A stretch of DNA of 34,147 nt, taken from positions 1-34,147 of the forward strand of contig JAVECL010000236.1 in NCBI GenBank assembly GCA_051942245.1, in the 5' to 3' direction. The first letter of the stretch is position 1; each line of letters begins with the position of its first letter. The notes beneath the pieces were generated by a model. That model worked only from the letters and a program-made list of their open reading frames with translations. It was not told the DNA's origin and made no database searches. Position numbers and translations under genes: made by a program. This DNA comes from Trypethelium eluteriae (lineage: Eukaryota). Shown in pieces: positions 1-12,191 of this stretch.

Positions 1-56
1 TGGGGTGGTGGTGGTAGTGGTGGCGGGTGGAGGTCAAGATTGAGGTGGAGTGGCAT
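1..56 (-). CDS. Possible 5' end of a gene running off the left edge (MPLHLNLDLHPPPLPPPP...)
   Basis: Minus-strand ATG at 56 in an AACCATG context. The frame is open to the window edge and Pro-rich. It is too short to identify. Confidence 0.35.
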   Translation of the reverse strand, partial: MPLHLNLDLHPPPLPPPP

Positions 57-150
57 GGTTGGGGGAGCGAGCAGTATTGTGGCATAACTTGGGGACAAAG
101 CTTTGGTGATTATGAGACGATGATATAACTGATGAGACGAGATAAGATGA

Positions 151-170
151 TGGATGGATGGATGGATGGA
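151..170. repeat. (TGGA)5 microsatellite
   Basis: Five perfect TGGA units read directly. Confidence 0.9.
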
Positions 171-790
171 GTCGGATAGGACTTGGAGTGATACCATGAC
201 AGCAAAGTTAGGTTGAGTCAACGCATTTCTGTGGACGTTCTGGGTGCTGGTCCAATTTGGTGAGACAAGTTCATGGAGCGGAATATTCTACACATTTCTG
301 GGCGTCATGGACTGCTCCACTGATCTCAATGAGTTCTTTGGCATCTTCATAGCTGATTGGCGTAGGATGACGGTGAATCCACTCCATGACTGTAGTGCAA
401 AGCTCGCAACTCTGCCGGCCTTATGCCGAAACAATATCAGCGTCTCTACCCCCTTGGCCTGGTTCCTGTTGATTTAAAGATTGGCATTATGTCATTGCAG
501 ACCATCGACTGTGACACTTCTCCTTTATCCTCCTCTATTTACAAATTAGGAATACGCAATGCTCTAGTGTATGCGCCTCAACAACCATGTACGGGGTATA
601 CGACAAGTGGAATATTGCCTCTAACCCTCTCTCCCTTCGTAATATCATGCAGCCTGGTTGCTGCACGTGAAAACAACGCCATGCTCAATAATCTAATGCC
701 CGCCTCACGCTTCTGGCATACTTGAAGTCGGAGTCACCTAACCTAAGTGGAAGCACGTATTAGCATTCCTGCGAGCCACTAATGAGTTGT

Positions 791-1857
791 TTACCGTCCG
801 AACCGCATTTGCGCCTTCCCGTAGCAATGCAGCGCCCGCAAGAAGACATGATATGCGACGCCTTGGTGGTCTTCAACGTTGCTACAGAAATGTTAGCCTT
901 CCGGTTTCTAACCTCATCGCTGTAAGGGAAAGCGAAAACATACAAAATCTCTGTCAAGCGCAGCTGCCAGGGGGGGTATCCCTGCAGCTGCACATTCGGC
1001 CCGAATAGGATAAGCAGATCCGGCTCCTTCATCGTTAGGTCGCTAAGCTCCTGCTCAATCAGCTCCCCCGTGACGTGCTCCGGTCCAATCTTCCGATTCT
1101 GCGCCATCTCCGCAAACGTCTTTGTGAGATCCACAAGCGTGGCGCGACCGTCATCCTTACTGATCAATGTCACCTCGAGTCGTGGGGGCGTCGCGTCTGC
1201 AGGCAGCGTGTTCGGGGAGCGTGGTGGGCTGATGGATTGAAGGTGCGGCGCACGGAGAGAGATGCTCGGAGGATGCTGACCGTAATAGGAGCGTAGGGTC
1301 TGGGTGATTGCGCGATGCGTGTCTTGAAGGTACTCTTTCAGGATGCCGGTGCGTTCGTAGATGGTCAAGACGGGGATGCCGGCGCTGGCGGTCCAGGCAC
1401 AGATTTCGCAGACGTCGTTGACAAGGTTTTCGAGTGAGGAATCAGCGTCGTAGCGATCATGGGAGTGGAGGTCGAGGATGACGCTGATGTGAGTGGGGAG
1501 GCGAGAAAGGGCTTTGACATCGCGGCGAATGTACTCGGGCGTGCGGTGGGGATAGTACATGATGGTGTAGATGCGGTCGATGATGACATGGTACAGGTAG
1601 CGACTGCGCAGATAGATGGAGAAAACAGCTTGTATAATCGCAAAGAGAATAAGGTGGATTCTTGTTACAAATCGGCTCCATAGGATTCGTCGTTTTCGGC
1701 CCACTGGCTTGGGAGAGGTCGAGCGAGTCGTCTCGTCCGAGTATGATGTCGGCGGGAGTACCTTTCTCAAAAGCTGCTCTCTCTCTTCTGGTTTCACTGG
1801 TCTGCCATCTGGATGCAGGTCCCGGTGGAACATCGTTGTCTCTTCACGGCCAACCAT
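791..1857 (-). CDS. NUS1: Dehydrodolichyl diphosphate synthase (cis-prenyltransferase) subunit Nus1/NgBR; 2 exons (1857-944, 881-791)
   Basis: N-terminal TM segment, then LPTHISVIL, WTASAGIPVLTIYERTG and EPDLLILFGP..LQGYPPWQLRLTEI. Splicing the intron 943-882 (GTATGT...GCTAAC...TAG) gives the family C-terminal RxG motif (AQMRFGR*). Confidence 0.93.
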
Positions 1858-2300
1858 GATGCCTTCTTTCAAACTGGCGCGACGTGATATAAAAATCAAG
1901 AACGAGTGTCATGAGTTCACAAAGGAATGAATGGTCTAAAGACGTGAAAAGATCGCTAACATTTGCTCGGGAAAGAGCAAGCAAGGCTCACATCTGTCAA
2001 GGTCATCGCTTCTATTAAAGATCCGAAGGTCGACCTGAAGTTTCCGAAGTAAAATCGAGGGATGTACCCTGGTCCGTAGGTAGTAGGGCTGATGGCGCGG
2101 CAAGTTGCAGTTTGGCCGCACCGCGGCATCCCAAACAATCACACGCCAAAACCTACCTAGTTAGGTACCTTCCTTCTCAAGTGCTTTAGTCACTGCCTAT
2201 GGGGCAGCAACGTTGGGGCCCCATGAAGTTGTGAGAGTAGAGAAAACATCAAACGCATTCGCGCCTGGCGCTCAACCGCGGAAGCGAAAGAGAAAAAGCC

Positions 2301-4991
2301 ATGCCGGCATCCTCGGGCGATAATGCTTCAATCTTGACCGGCCACGCAAGCTCCTCGACCTTGCGATCTCCGTTCGCCAAGGGACCTTCGTTCACATTAG
2401 ACACCTTCTCAAATCAAGATTTCATCGTCAAAGATTTTGTCGAATCCTTGTCGGACAGTGCTGTCCCTATCAGTCGCCGTTCCGGTCCTGCGTCCCAAGC
2501 CTTCGACCCGAAACCACTCATTCGGACATTTGAAGCTGCAGTCAGTCGCTTGAAGGGCTTGTCTGAAGATCTACAGGTTCGCGAGACAGAGCTTTCGGGT
2601 GCAGTCCGTCGAGCTGAAGCGCAGCACAATCAAAACACCGAGTCACTGGGACAAAAGGTCGAACAAGCCATAGATTCATTTCACCAGCTGGATGGCTCAT
2701 TGAGTAGGAACGGCAGCGCACCAAATGGCTCAGATGTTGGCGACAATGCTGTCGTAAGAATTGGAGAACGCCTAGAAGAGTTGGACCAACAAAGACAACG
2801 AGCCCAAGATGCGAAGTTTCTGATCCAATGTTGGATCGAAGTGAGTGAGAAGGGAGATCTCTCGGCACTGGAAAATGTTCGGCGTATGGGTGGTGGGGAT
2901 GGGAAATTAAGGTGTGCGCACATCGCCAGACAATTGCTCAAAATCAGTCAACGACTTGACAGGGAGAATGGGCCGCAGGTTAATGGGATGATGAACGGCA
3001 TCAATGGGGTGAATGGCACAAATGGTCGGGTAGATGCGAGTCCGTCAAGGCGCGGAACACAAGAATTGGTGGAAAAATTTCTGGAATCTCTGGAAAAGGA
3101 CCTTCTTAAAGAATTTGACAACTACTACAGACGACAGAACTACGTGGGTATGCAAGAGTGCGCGGTAGCATTGCGAGACTTCAATGATGGTGCAAGCGTG
3201 ATGGCACTTTTCGTCAATCAACACCAATTTTTCATTGATCGCAGTCAATTGATCACGGAAGAAGTTGCAGGCGATTCGGAAACCTGGGATCGGATAGCGG
3301 ATCCAGATGTAGAGCCGCCGGGTGTGGAACCTAGTTTGCAATCGCTCATCGATGAAGTCAAAGTTGTTGTGCAGGACGAGTCCTATATCATCAAGCAGGC
3401 CTTTCCCTATTACGATGAAGTACTCGTACGGTTCTTGCAACGAGTCTTTCAGCAATCGATCCAGCAACGACTCGAGATGGTCCTCGACAAAGCAAACTCC
3501 ATTTCACCGTTAGCATTTCTACGCACCCTGCAAGCCGCGAGAAGCTATATGAAAGATCTAGTCGAAGACTTGAAATCCCATGGACTCACAGAGCGTCCCG
3601 AGCCTGTATCATCTCAGATTGCAGCAACACTTGATCAACAGCTAGATGAGCTTTTCGTGCCTTATTTCATAGGCACATCTTATATCGAGCGAGAGAAGCG
3701 GAATCTGGAAGAACTGTATGCATCATTGCTCTTCAAATTCACGATCTACCATTCGAAAAGGCGAAAATTGCCGACAACCTACCTTGCATCCCTGAGTCAA
3801 AGGGGCAAGGAGCTCCTGTCGTCTGCTCGCGAAGCGTACATGGATCGCTTAAATTCCACTGATCTACCACAATCTCAGAAGACCATGCTCAGAAGAATTG
3901 CGGGAATAAAAGAGACTGCTACAGATACTCAAATCGACGTAACAGAGGAAGATGGGGCTTTAAGTCTGCCAAATGCAAAGCGGATGCTGAAATGGCTTGC
4001 AGAAGGTGTCGGTAGAGGACTGGAATTGAGCGGCGGCAGCGATATGCCGAAGGACGTTGCCGCCCTACTAAATCTATTACTCACGAACATGGGAGAATTG
4101 TATTTGGAGACAGCGCTAGATGCGTAAGTAATTTCAGTTGTGTTTTGCTATCTCAGAAGCGAACTGATGCTAATCACGTTTCTCAGAGCGAATGATCTAG
4201 CGACAGGTCAAGAAACCTCGAAGAATGAGCCAGACTTCTCGTATTTCGACGATTTGCGCGCCTCAATTAGTATCCTTCACCTTCTGCAAACGGCCATCCA
4301 CACCGTCCTCATACCACTTGCATCCTCGAATCTCACCATTCGCAGAGATATCGAGAAGACGAGCAATGCCTTTATATCACGGGTTGAAGATAAGATCTCC
4401 AACATCCTCCAACGCACCGTCGATGCCGTATTATCGTGGGTGGGTCGTGGAATACTTTCCAAGCAACAGAAGACAGATTTCCGCCCTCGTGATGACTCTC
4501 CAATGGCTCTCGAGCAGCTTCGCACACCAACGTGCTCTCAACTCTGCACCTTCCTTAATAGGCTCAACTCCCGCGTCAAACCAGCCCTATCAGGTCGTAG
4601 TAGACAGGTATTCTCTGCTGAGCTGGCTTCTACCGTACTCGGAGCTTTACTTGAACATTTTAAAAAATTCAATGTCAGTTTGACGGGCGGTCTTATGGTC
4701 AGCAAGGACGTCAATGCATATGTTGAGCTGATTCGCAGTTGGGGAATTGAAGAGCATGCCAGCAATACTGCCAATGCAACCACGGCGACTGATGTGGGGA
4801 ATCTCGCATCAAGAATGCTGGAAGTACTTGGCGAAGTCGTCAATGTCTTCGTCATCGGGCCGGAAGCGCTGAGAGAACGACTCAGAGGTGGTGTAGTTGC
4901 AGGTGTAGAGGCGAAGGAACTCCGGCCGTATATTTTGCGGCGCGACGATGTTGGAACTGTGGGTGTTCAAGCCGTCCTTAATGCACTTTGA
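2301..4991 (+). CDS. SEC10: Exocyst complex component Sec10; 2 exons (2301-4123, 4187-4991)
   Basis: Motifs FIVKDFVESLS, FDPKPLIRTFE, FVNQHQFFI, FLQRVFQQSIQQRLE, KQQKTDFRP and LLEHFKKFNVSLTGGLMVSKD. The intron 4124-4186 (GTAAGT...GCTAAT...CAG) joins the 608-aa and 283-aa ORFs in frame. Confidence 0.93.
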
Positions 4992-5719
4992 TCTGGCTGC
5001 ATTTGGCTGGGCAGGCTACTCTGCTAAACTATTCGCTCTTGACCTTTGCAAGGATAACCGAAATATCCTGCAAATATAGAGATAACTGCAGTCACTATAA
5101 CTTTAATAATGATTGCAGAGACAACCTCTGGTGTCGACTTTGGCGGCGGAAACAGGAGAAACAGCCGATATGATATTCAGGGTCGTTATCAAAAATGTCT
5201 AATGAGGAGCCCCCCAATGAATCCACTTAAGTCTCTTCGGACTAAATTTCAACACAACAATGACACAGAACAAAATTTTCTAGACGCTATACCGCAAGTA
5301 CATCGCCAGTCTTCCTGCAGAATCTGCAATCTAGACATAAGGCAGAACCGGAATACCAGTCAATGATGTCTTATGTTGAAAGCCCAACGATACCGAGATA
5401 CTCTCGATATCTACTTCGAGGAGGACGATTCATGCGATTTTCGCAAAAAGCTTCCAAAGTTGATGTCCTCTGACTGGGCAAGCTGTGGCCCGCTGATACC
5501 TTCCTCTTCAGGCCCATCTTGAGCGGTGGATCTGGACCTGGACCTGGGCACCTTCCATCTGGGCATCGCGACTTCCTCAACTGCAATCGACGCCTGAAAT
5601 CACGTCATGACCGCCCAAATGGTCCTCTCTGTCTCTTCGGGCTTCGCTCTCGGTCTCCTTTCTGTCCTTTCGATAGTCCTGTCTTGTCTACTCTTTGTCT
5701 CATCTCAACGATTCACTCG

Positions 5720-6893
5720 ATGGCTGCTCAGACGACTGTCGGCGAGATCATTGATGACTACATGTTTCGACTTATCACTCTCGATGCACCAGACTGGTAC
5801 ATCAATCCGGACTATCGAATTTTGCTGGGCTCAGTGGATGGCCCCAGCATATGCGCTGCCGTGCCGCTCACCTTTGCACCCAGGCGCGGCCTTGACATGG
5901 GCCAACATGGTCATAACAGTAAACTCGAAATAACATTGTATTAATTACCAGTCGAGGAACCCCCCAGCCGCGGTAAGGCACGTTTTCTCGCCCTCGAAGG
6001 CACCTTCACCAACCTCTTTTACTCTGCAATACCCACCTGTATGGACCACTTTTGGACCTCCTTCATGCCATGGTCTCGCGATGACGTCTCTTGAGGCCCC
6101 ACTAACAGCCACTCACCCTTCAACGAGTCTGTTGCCGGTTGTTTGAATTTGACTGCGGAGGAGCTTCTTCGTCATGAAGAGGTACGAAAGCGACGTGCTA
6201 AAGAGCATTCCAAGAGAGCTTACCTGAAGGATGCCGTTAAAATGAGAACAGAATACGACCGCAAACGCGCTCAGGACATTAATGCATTTCGCTTGAAGAA
6301 GCGTATTCAGGCGACTTCATGGGTTGCGAGGAACAGGCCTAAATGCAGGGGCACGCGGTTGCCAGAAAAACCCGCACACCAAAACTGGGGGGTGCTTCAT
6401 ACATAGTAGACAGAAGAGATTACATATGTACATTAGGCTTATCTGCTATTACACAGTCACCACCTTTTAGACTCAAGAGATTATTGAATAATAATTTTTA
6501 CCCTGTAAAGGTAGTCTACAGGTGTGGCTGCTTTTCTGGCGAGACACCCCCCAGTCTCGGTGTGCGGATTTTTTTTTCAACCGCGTGAGGGGTTACTGGG
6601 CTCACAACAAGAAGAAGGCCCTTATTAAACACAGGTTCTACTGTACAACCTGCCAAAAGGCATTCGCCGACTCCTCCAAGTCTAAGAGGCACAACCAATC
6701 TGCACGGCACAAGAACAAGGTCTCTGAAACTCCTCCTACCGCCAAAGCATTGCAAGGCCGGGAGTACAGTGCCCGCTTGATCGCCAACAAGACCTTCCAC
6801 TGCGCAACATGCAACCACTCGTGGACTGGCGCATACCACCTTAATCAGCACCTCAAATCTGAGAAGCACCTCCAGAAGGTCGCAAAAGCCTAA
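5720..6893 (+). pseudogene. Disrupted gene with a charged helical region and two C-terminal U1/matrin(JAZ)-type C2H2 zinc fingers
   Basis: One frame runs from ATG 5720 with in-frame stops at 5942 (TAA) and 6092 (TGA) and is interrupted by the MITE at 6352-6587. The fingers CTTCQKAFADSSKSKRHNQSARH and CATCNHSWTGAYHLNQHLKSEKH both fit C-x2-C-x12-H-x5-H. Confidence 0.75.
6352..6587. mobile_element. 236-bp non-autonomous TIR element (MITE) with 5-bp TSD AGGGG
   Basis: TIRs 6352-6394 and 6545-6587 match at 37/43 positions and begin CACGCGGTTG. The direct repeat AGGGG lies at 6347-6351 and 6588-6592. The interior is AT-rich and non-coding. Excision restores the host frame. Confidence 0.9.
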
Positions 6894-7525
6894 AGATACC
6901 AAATCGTTTTCTCATCATATCTGATATTCATGATGTCTATTTCGAAGAGCATGATCTGTGCAATTTGCGTGAACAGTTTCCTGAAGTTGATATTCTCCTT
7001 CATTGCGGTGGCCTGACTTGCTGTTAATCTAGCTCTGACAGCGGGTGCTTAAAGATAGCTGCTCATGTTGAATCCAAACCATATTGAGTATTATTCTCGA
7101 CGAACGTGTCGCAGCTGAAACAATGGGTTTATACTAGAGTACCTTATGATCCTAACCCCAGTAAATTCAGTATCAGAAAGCACGTTCTGCACCGTGCACC
7201 ATAAGGCAGCGTACTGTTTGATTAGAAGGAATATTGTAAGACTCTAGGAGCAGATAAGCTGCATGCCGTAAGAGCTCGTGAATTACGTTATATGCCTACT
7301 CCGTATGCAGAGGCACATGTAGGGTCGTTAACAAAGCCATCCGAACATAAAACGTCTTTGGCTGAATCCGGAACTTTAAACCTCCACCTGGTCGCGGCTT
7401 GGTCCGCTATTGACAGCTTATCCAAGGGACCCTACATTCTTCTTCTCCACTCTCGCCTTCAAATGAACATTCCGCGCGATGTTACTTGACGTTCCGCCAG
7501 TCGTTATCATCAAAAGTCCGTTAAG

Positions 7526-10334
7526 ATGTCCAAAAAGCGTGCCCTCAATAATGAAGAATCCCTCCCTTTAACCCACTTTGATCCCCTCGATGCGAATGAC
7601 TCTTCCAATCATCGCTCCTCCATATCTTCTGCCTCGACTACCTCCTTGGTCCTCGAGCACATAAATGGGCGAATACCGAACGGTGTCGATAAGCCTTTAC
7701 CCCCCGAACCTTACACAGACTCCCCGCCAGAACACCTTCCCAAACCTTCACGCTTCGAAGTCGAAGATGGCCCTACGTCTCCATCTTGGCCTCCTAGGGG
7801 CTTCACTAGTGTAGACAGAAAAGCACGACGGTTACTCTGGATTCTTGGTGTTCTAGCATTCGTTGGCTGGTTGCTTGCGCTTGGTACATTTATTTTCCGG
7901 GGCACATACAAGCACGCTTCGACCCAGCCTCATGACCCATGGGCAACGGGATCAAGGGGCAGTGGGAAAAAGGTCACCCTAGACCAAGTATTGACGGGAG
8001 AATGGAATGCGAAGGGACATCAGATATCATGGATAAGTGGCGCAAATGGAGAGGATGGCCTATTGCTAGAAAGAGATTCGCAAGCAAAGAATTATCTCGT
8101 CGTGGAAGATGTCAGAAACCGTGGTAGTGCTGCAGTCGGGGGAAAAGCAAGTTTCATATTGATGTCCAACGGCGGGTTCTACGTGGGGAATGAATATATT
8201 TCCGTGGGGGAAGCCTGGCCAAGTCCAGATCTGAAGAAGGTACTAATCGCTTCTGACCGTGAAAAGAATTGGCGACACTCCTTTACGGCTAGATATTGGA
8301 TATTCGATGTTGCGACGCAAGCTGGAGAGGCCCTTGACCTGGACAAGCCAAATGAACGAATACAATTAGCTTCGTGGTCTCCGACTTCCGATGCAGTGGT
8401 CTTCACACGAGCTAACAACATGTTCATAAGGAACGTGGCTAAAAAGCAAGTTATGCAAATCACCCTTGATGGTGGGACTGAGCTATTCAATGGGGTGCCC
8501 GATTGGGTTTATGAAGAGGAGGTCTTTTCTGGAAACAGCGTAACATGGTGGTCTGGAGATGGCAAATACGTTGCTTATTTACGGACTGACGAAGCTGCCG
8601 TCCCTGAATACCCGGTTCAATATTTCCTATCGCGACCAAGTGGAACTCGACCTCCTCCTGGTGAGGAGAATTACCCAGATATTCGGAAAATCAAGTACCC
8701 TAAGGCTGGAGCCCCTAATCCTACAGTCAGTCTTCGCTTCTATGACGTTGGAAAGAACCAAGCTTTCAGCGTTGACATCCCTGACGACTTCGAAGACAAG
8801 GACCGGTTGATAACGGAGGTTATCTGGGCAGGTACTACTGGAAAAGTCTTGGTTCGCGAAACGAATCGCGTTAGCGATCGATTGCATGTCTATCTCGTAG
8901 ACGTTGAGAACAAAACTGGAAAATTGGTCAGAGAGGAAGATGTGCAGGAACTTGACGGAGGCTGGATGGAAGTCACTGAGACTACCAAATTCATCCCAGC
9001 TGATCCTGCCAATGGTCGACAACATGACGGATATATTGACACAATTGTCCAGGACGGATTCGATCATCTAGCGTACTTCCACCCATTGGATAATGCAGAA
9101 CCTACTCTGTTGACCACTGGTCATTGGGAAGTCGTCGATGCTCCCTCCGCCGTTGACTTGAAGAAAAATTACGTCTACTTCGTCGCTACCAAAGAAAGCT
9201 CAATCCAACGACATGTATACCGGGTCAATATTGATGGTTCAGGCCTTGAACCACTCACAGATACCAGTAAAGAAGGCTTTTACGACGTATCCTTCTCCGA
9301 AGGCGCTGGTTACGCTCTGCTTTCCTATCAAGGACCTGATATTCCATGGCAGAAAGTCATCAGCACCCCCTCAAACAGCGAGACCTTCGAATCCATCATT
9401 GAAGAGAACAAAGACCTCGCCAAGCAAGCCTCTTCCCACGAGCTCCCCATCGAAATCTACCAGACCGTCACTATAGACGGCTACGACCTCAATCTCGTCG
9501 AGCGCCGGCCTCCCCACTTCGACCCTTCGCGATCCTATCCCGTCCTCTTCCAACAATACCAAGGCCCCGGCTCTCAATCCGTCTCGAAGAAATTCCAAGT
9601 CGATTTCCAATCCTACCTCGCCTCTGCACTTGGCTACCTCGTCGTTACCCTCGATGGCCGGGGCACAGGCTTCCGGGGCCGTGGCACCCGCTGCATCATC
9701 CGTGGAAACATCGGCCACTGGGAATCACACGACCAGATTGCTGCGGCGAAGATGTGGGCGGCCAAGTCCTACGTCGATGAGGAGCGTATCGCGATCTGGG
9801 GGTGGAGCTATGGCGGGTTCATGACGCTTAAGACGCTGGAGCAGGACGGTGGGCAGACGTTCAAGTACGGGATGGCGGTGGCGCCGGTGACGGATTGGCG
9901 GTTCTACGATAGTATCTATACGGAGCGGTATATGCATACACCGCAGGAGAATCCCGGCGGGTATGAGAACGCGTCGATCAAGCATGTCAAGGCGTTGGGG
10001 CAGAATGTGCGGTTTTTGATGATGCACGGCACTGGCGATGATAATGTCCATGTGCAGAACTCGCTCACGCTTCTGGATAAGTTGGACCTGGCGGGGGTGG
10101 AGAATTATGACTTCCATGCTTTCCCGGATAGTGATCATAGCATTTTCTTTCATAACGCGAACCGAATGGTGTATGATCGTAAGTCATGCTTTGCGGTACC
10201 ATTGTACGGGACACTTCGCTGACAGCAAATCAGGTCTTAGCAATTGGCTCATCAACGCATTCAACGGCGAATGGTTACGGACAGAACATGCGCTGCCTAA
10301 AGCACAGATTGATAGCAAGACTCGTGTTAGATGA
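7526..10334 (+). CDS. DAP2: Dipeptidyl aminopeptidase B (S9B/DPP-IV family, type II membrane protein); 2 exons (7526-10178, 10234-10334)
   Basis: Single TM helix near the N-terminus; [16 protein letters not shown] and YPKAGAPNP; catalytic GWSYGG, DDNVH and DSDHSI. Intron 10179-10233 (GTAAGT...GCTGAC...CAG). Confidence 0.93.
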
Positions 10335-10820
10335 CCACGGGTTCTGCAAACGTAGGATCTGGACATATCAAAGGCGAAGTTTTGGTCGGGGAATGCACAT
10401 AGTTAAGTAGCCATGGATCTTGAGATTTATGCTTGGACATCAAAGCTCTCCTCGATTCACTGATTCATTATTCGAGCTTTATTGTAGTATACAGTCTATG
10501 AATGCATCCACGGCGCTCTTGGGGCCTTTGGAATTCGCAGCCTCCTGTAATACAAAGCTCCACTAAACCCCGCTAAATGCGAGTTCTGTATTATTGGTTA
10601 GCTCACTCTTATAGATTTTCACCCCGCTGCATAGCCATAGCCATAGCCATACAAGGCCATGGCTGACGGCGATCGTCATCTCGGTCGGCATGTCTCGTGA
10701 TGTACTCATGGGAGACTTGGGTATCACTGATGAGAAAGGCCGCCGCCTGGGTGCAAGGCGTTCGCTCCATCCAGGAAGATCCCGGACGCCTACAGTCGTC
10801 CAAAGTCTGATTCTGATCAC

Positions 10821-11559
10821 TCACATGTCCAAAGGACTATGAGGACAATTAGCAGATGCTAGGTATAAGCTGGGCTTATAAGATCTTACCCGAGATAATC
10901 CTACAGTGACCATGTCAGTAACTTCTCAAGAGCAATTGATGGGGTGCGATGGCGACATACCTCCTTGATCGTTGCAACGGCAAACATCTGGCCAACTTCG
11001 GTACGAATACCAACTAATTTGACCCTAATGTGTGTCCCTCTCTCGATAATTTGGCCGGCGTTGTCGGTGAATTGAGGAGGGGTTGCGTTGCCGTCAAATT
11101 TGAGGTCTGACGGGATCGACTGAGTACTGATGAGCTACTTCATCTCCGATTATAGAAGAGCTAGAGAATACCTGTCTTGAAATGAAGCAAGTCAAAGGGC
11201 CAACCTCTACGAAGCAGCCATTCTGCACAACAGATGTGACGACACCGTCAAGCTATCAAGAGCCACGTCAATCATCGGCGCTTCCCGTCAGGTTGTTTCG
11301 ATTGACCTACAGTCTCCCCTTTGAAAGGCTTCCACACGAGCGCCTTGTATGGAACGATATATTCAGTGATTCCACTCCCAGGGATTACACGGCCGGACGG
11401 CTCCTTGGTTGTCTCTATAACGCAGATTATGTAGTAGTTGCCCGTGTTGGTGCCTTCCACATCCGCAATAAGTTGATCCTTGAGGTAATTGGCGATATTG
11501 GGTCCGAGGAAGGACGGATGCAGGTTTATGGTACGTTCGAGATCGTGAATGAAGAACAT
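10821..11559 (-). CDS. RPB7: RNA polymerase II subunit Rpb7; 5 exons (11559-11311, 11252-11172, 11119-10961, 10900-10890, 10836-10821)
   Basis: MFFIHDLERTINLHPSFLGP, WKPFKGET-LDGVV, GCFVEVGPL, IRVKLVGIR and IKE-DYLGPL. Four canonical GT-AG introns. Confidence 0.93.
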
Positions 11560-12191
11560 TTTGCCTGACTGCTGGTCCTCGAGAAGGTGGATGTAGGATG
11601 CAGATTTGCGCGCCTTCGGCTGCCTTCGATTCAAAACTCAAGACGTAGATGTTTGCCACATGAACATAGAGGGAGGAACACCTAGGGCGTGAGGTCCGCT
11701 GCTAGAAGCTGGCGGATCAAACGCACAAGGTCTGTGTGGAATGCTCACGTATTTCTCTCCCGTGTCGGGTGAAGACCAAGCACACCTCCCTCAACGGTCG
11801 AATCCGCGCCTCTAGACTTCCATGTATGCGGCTGTGGAGATAAGTGTTAGCTTTCCGGCGCTGATACTCGAGTGTCCGCCCTGTTCAGCCGAAAGATTTC
11901 TGGACACCCATAAAGTTTACGCGTTGAAAGCGCCGGAGTCAGACGCCATCACGTGCACAAAAACGCTTCAAGGGAATGTCCGTTCTCCGTGTAACCTTAC
12001 CCAGGCCAGGCATGTCAGGTTTCCGGTTTCTCTATCACATGGACGCATAAGCAAACCTCGGCGAAACCTAAGATCCCTGAAGTTTACCGTTCCTGGCTGA
12101 CATAAATTTGGACAATCTGCCTATTGTGTGATGTGAGCTAAAGGTTTTGTCGAGCTGCTCGACTTCACTAGACCAAGCTCTAGCCATCAAT

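Noticed and set aside
1858..1899. N-terminal extension of NUS1 in the ORF track, and its unspliced C-terminus to 760
   Set aside because: The extension starts at a non-ATG codon, and splicing gives the conserved RxG C-terminus ending at 791.
5373..7072. 8-bp direct repeat ATGTTGAA (5373 and 7065) as a TSD around the zinc-finger pseudogene
   Set aside because: There are no TIRs inside it, and an 8-mer match at free positions is expected by chance.
2414..10153. Numerous antisense and alternate-frame ORFs within SEC10 and DAP2 (likewise in ATP1, URB2 and FBA1)
   Set aside because: They are shadows of the codon bias of well-supported genes.
10628..10651. (GCCATA)n short repeat, and the poly-T run near 31737-31751
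   Set aside because: Ordinary microsatellite and homopolymer in 3' intergenic regions.
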